Notes under the pieces: generated by a model
Databases searched by the model: none
Told to the model about the DNA's origin: nothing
What the model saw: only the letters and a program-made list of their open reading frames with translations
Source of the DNA: Pseudogymnoascus verrucosus
Lineage: Eukaryota
Length of the DNA stretch: 64,000 nt
Strand: one strand, 5' to 3'
Assembly (NCBI GenBank): GCA_001662655.1
Contig: KV460229.1
Translations under genes and position numbers: made by a program
Shown here: one piece after another, positions 61,040 through 64,000 of the stretch
Layout of the letters: each line of letters begins with the position of its first letter
How positions within the stretch are numbered: position 1 is the first letter of the stretch

Positions 61040-64000
61040 ATGGCGGAGGTTATAGCAGGCGTTGCGATCGCAAGCAGCATCATCCAGCTGATAGATGTAG
61101 GAGGCAAAGTGGTATCCCGGATCAAAGAGTACAGCGACACAACCAAGGATATCCCACAGGGGCTACGAGAAATTAGCGTCCACATTCCTCTCATCACAGA
61201 GATATGCCAGGAGCTACGGGAAGATGAGATCAAGAAAGGCCCTCAGGTGTCGCAGTCTATCTTTGCAGTGATTGATGGATGCCATGTGACGCTCTCCAGC
61301 CTGGATAAATTATGTCGCGAAATACTACCAACTCCCCGAGATTCTTCGATGGTACGAGCGAGGAAGGCGATGCAGAGTCTCAGGGCAGACAAGAAATTCA
61401 CAAACTACCAGCGGATCTTGGAGACGTATAAGACGTCGCTGATGCTGCATATTAGCCAGAGATCTGTGGTTCAGGCAGTTACAAAGGGAGCCTCCAAAGC
61501 CCCTGCTTTCGATACTTTCTACCATTTCCCCTCAACGCAAGTCTCACGTTTTATCGCTCGCGAGAAGCTCCTTCGCTCGATCGAAGATGGCTTCTCTGTG
61601 GAAACCACAGACTCCCGACCTAATGTTGTTGCCGTTATAGGTATGGGAGGGCAAGGCAAATCCCAACTCGCACTTGAGTTCTGTCGCAAGACCTCAACTG
61701 CACGCCGCTTCGAGGTCATCCTATGGGTTGATGCTACAAATCTCACAACGCTGCATCGCAGTTTCGAGACTATCACCGAGCAAATCACAGCCGGCAAAGG
61801 GCGCCGCACATTTAAGAATGCCAACTCGCTCTCAGCCTTCATCGACGAGACGCTCGAGGAATGGAAAGCGAGCTGGCTGCTCGTATTCGACAACTTCGAC
61901 CAACCAGGGGAAATGAAGAATATTTCCGATTTCTTCCCGCGGAGCAAGAATGGCGCTATACTGCTGACGAGCCGGCATGCGGATTCAAAACATGTTTCGC
62001 ACACAGCAGTACATCTGCATGGGATGGAGGAAGAGGAGGCGAGAGAGCTGCTATTTACGAGAACCGGCAAGGAGAGAACGGAGCAAAATGTTGAATACGC
62101 TGATGCTATTGTCAAGATGCTGGGTTGTTTGCCTCTGGCTATCGATCAGGCGGCTGCGTATGTGACGTCGAGGAATCTGCCTTTGGGGTCGTTTCTTGAG
62201 CATTACTCGAAGAGGAAGGCGATGATCATGAAGCATACCCCTCAGCTGTGGGAATATAGACGGACACATGGAGAAGAGGGTGACGAAACCTCATTAAATG
62301 CGTTCACTACGTGGGAAATGGACTTTCGACAGATCAAGCAGGAGGGTGTTCAGACGGAAAGTATTACCCATATACTGACACTCTTTGCGTTCTTCAATAT
62401 TTTGAAGGTTTCGGAAGACCTATTTTCGGCATATTATAAGTCTTGTCCATTCCCGCCAACCTGGATGGAGGATTTTGTGACGGATGGAGAATGGGACTCA
62501 TTTACATATGGAGATGTTATTGCAAGTCTACTCAAACTGTCGCTTCTACAGCAGCCACGAGCTGAGAGCAATGAATCCGAGTTCTCTATCCATCCTTTGA
62601 TTAGGGATTGGATCCAACTGAGAATAAGTGCAGAAGAGCGCCGAGAATACCTCCATGAAGCGACACAGATACTAATGTCTTATGTCACCCTTAATCTCGA
62701 GGGGACCATAACCCTTGCCAAACGCCGAGAAATCCTATCCCATCTCGACGCAGTCATGATGGCTGATTCTCAATATCTATCCAAAGGAAACCAACTAGGC
62801 TACGGCGCTTTACGCCCCGTCTCACACACCTTTGCCACATTCTACGATACCTCCGGACGCTTCAAAGAAGCCGAAGAACTGCTCAAGCGCATCCTCGATA
62901 ACGACACCGCCACAGAATCTCAGAACCTTATTGACCTCGACTCCCGCACAAGTCTCGAAACGCTTCTGAAGCTTTCCCAGGTCTATTTTAGCCAGGGTCG
63001 ATATGAGGAAGCTACTGAGATGGCCGAGCGCTGTTATAAGGGGTACACCGAGCTCGTTGATGCACAAAACCCTAACGTCGCCGCCGCAGCCATGAACCTC
63101 GCTGAGACATACTACAAGCGTGGCCGTAACGCTGATGCGCGCAAACTCTTCTCCTCCGCGCTGGATATCTACCAGGAGCACCTCCCTGCCAAAGACTTGC
63201 GCATCTACGCCGCGCAAGAGAAGCTGGCTGGTGTCCTCCGTAGCATGGGCGAGCACGAAGGCGCCTTTGCGCTGTATCGCCAGGCGCTGGCGGGGAAAGT
63301 GGCAGCACTGGGAGAGAAGCATGTCTCGACGCTACGCACCGGTGTCGCGCTCGCCAACAACTACCGAGCTCAATGCCAGTATGTGCCAGCGCTTGAGATA
63401 CTACTCCGTGCTGTGAGTATAACGACGGAATTACTCGGACCCGAGCACCCTGATACGCTGAATGCGATGATCCACCTTGGGATTTTGTGTCGGAATATGG
63501 GAAAAGCGGAGGAAGCAGAAAAGTGGCTACTGCGGGTTGTGGAGGCGGGTGGGAAGGCGTTAGGGGCCAGGCACCCGGATATTCTAAGGGCGGAGTTGGC
63601 GCTGGGCATGTTGTTTGTGCAACGGGGGAGAGTGGCGGAGGCGGAGCCGAAGCTGCGGATTGTGGTGTTGGGGCGGCAGCGGTATTTAGGGGTAAAGAAT
63701 GATGCGACTGTGAGGGCGGTGGAGATGCTGGGGTATTGCTTGTGGGAGACTGGTCAGCGGGATGAGGTGGAGGAGTTGTGTATGAGGAGCTGTGATGCGG
63801 TTGAAGAGGGGGGCGAAGTGGGATGGAAAGGGAATCAATATGCGGCCTGCGAGAGAGTTTTCAGGAAAGCTGTGACGAGGGGGGATAAAAATCTGGGGCG
63901 CGATCATCCAGATACGTTGGACTGTGTGCTTATGCTGGCTCAAATATGCGAAGCTCGGGATAGAGTGGGAGAGGCACGGCGGCTGTTTGAGGGGGTTCTT
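61040..64000 (+). CDS. Fungal NLR-like protein: SesA/HeLo-like N-domain + NB-ARC + TPR repeats; 3'-partial (runs off the window)
   Basis: Open frame from ATG 61040: MAEVIAGVAIASSIIQLIDVGGKVV; Walker A GMGGQGKSQLA; WLLVFDNFD; LLTSR; LGCLPLAIDQA; IHPLIRDW; TPR motifs LGEKHVSTL, LGPEHPDTL, LGARHPDIL. Confidence 0.88.
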   Translation, partial: MAEVIAGVAIASSIIQLIDVGGKVVSRIKEYSDTTKDIPQGLREISVHIPLITEICQELREDEIKKGPQVSQSIFAVIDGCHVTLSSLDKLCREILPTPRDSSMVRARKAMQSLRADKKFTNYQRILETYKTSLMLHISQRSVVQAVTKGASKAPAFDTFYHFPSTQVSRFIAREKLLRSIEDGFSVETTDSRPNVVAVIGMGGQGKSQLALEFCRKTSTARRFEVILWVDATNLTTLHRSFETITEQITAGKGRRTFKNANSLSAFIDETLEEWKASWLLVFDNFDQPGEMKNISDFFPRSKNGAILLTSRHADSKHVSHTAVHLHGMEEEEARELLFTRTGKERTEQNVEYADAIVKMLGCLPLAIDQAAAYVTSRNLPLGSFLEHYSKRKAMIMKHTPQLWEYRRTHGEEGDETSLNAFTTWEMDFRQIKQEGVQTESITHILTLFAFFNILKVSEDLFSAYYKSCPFPPTWMEDFVTDGEWDSFTYGDVIASLLKLSLLQQPRAESNESEFSIHPLIRDWIQLRISAEERREYLHEATQILMSYVTLNLEGTITLAKRREILSHLDAVMMADSQYLSKGNQLGYGALRPVSHTFATFYDTSGRFKEAEELLKRILDNDTATESQNLIDLDSRTSLETLLKLSQVYFSQGRYEEATEMAERCYKGYTELVDAQNPNVAAAAMNLAETYYKRGRNADARKLFSSALDIYQEHLPAKDLRIYAAQEKLAGVLRSMGEHEGAFALYRQALAGKVAALGEKHVSTLRTGVALANNYRAQCQYVPALEILLRAVSITTELLGPEHPDTLNAMIHLGILCRNMGKAEEAEKWLLRVVEAGGKALGARHPDILRAELALGMLFVQRGRVAEAEPKLRIVVLGRQRYLGVKNDATVRAVEMLGYCLWETGQRDEVEELCMRSCDAVEEGGEVGWKGNQYAACERVFRKAVTRGDKNLGRDHPDTLDCVLMLAQICEARDRVGEARRLFEGVL

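Overview
Gene-dense, intron-containing eukaryotic DNA (GT-AG introns with CTAAC/CTGAC branch points) from a filamentous ascomycete. About 19 intact protein genes, 2 pseudogenes and one tRNA-Ser(AGA) can be read. Housekeeping genes: sphingolipid C9-methyltransferase, MAG2/RNF10-type RING E3, UBP3/USP10, eL42 (RPL42/44), CSA/RAD28, RRN10, ATG5. Accessory genes: three fungal NLR-type genes (two hydrolase-NACHT-ankyrin, one SesA/HeLo-like-NB-ARC-TPR running off the right end), a P450, a small Cys-rich protein, a decayed nuclease-like gene and a backbone-less redox cluster that includes an FMO pseudogene invisible in the ORF track. Most notable: (i) the ribosomal-ubiquitin writer/eraser pair MAG2 and UBP3 lie head-to-head; (ii) a candidate non-self-recognition island at 25.7-33.6 kb; (iii) a strong TACWGTA heptamer cluster in a ~7 kb gene-free region upstream of a Zn2Cys6 regulator. 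All family calls come from motif recognition by eye, with no database search, and exon boundaries are approximate.
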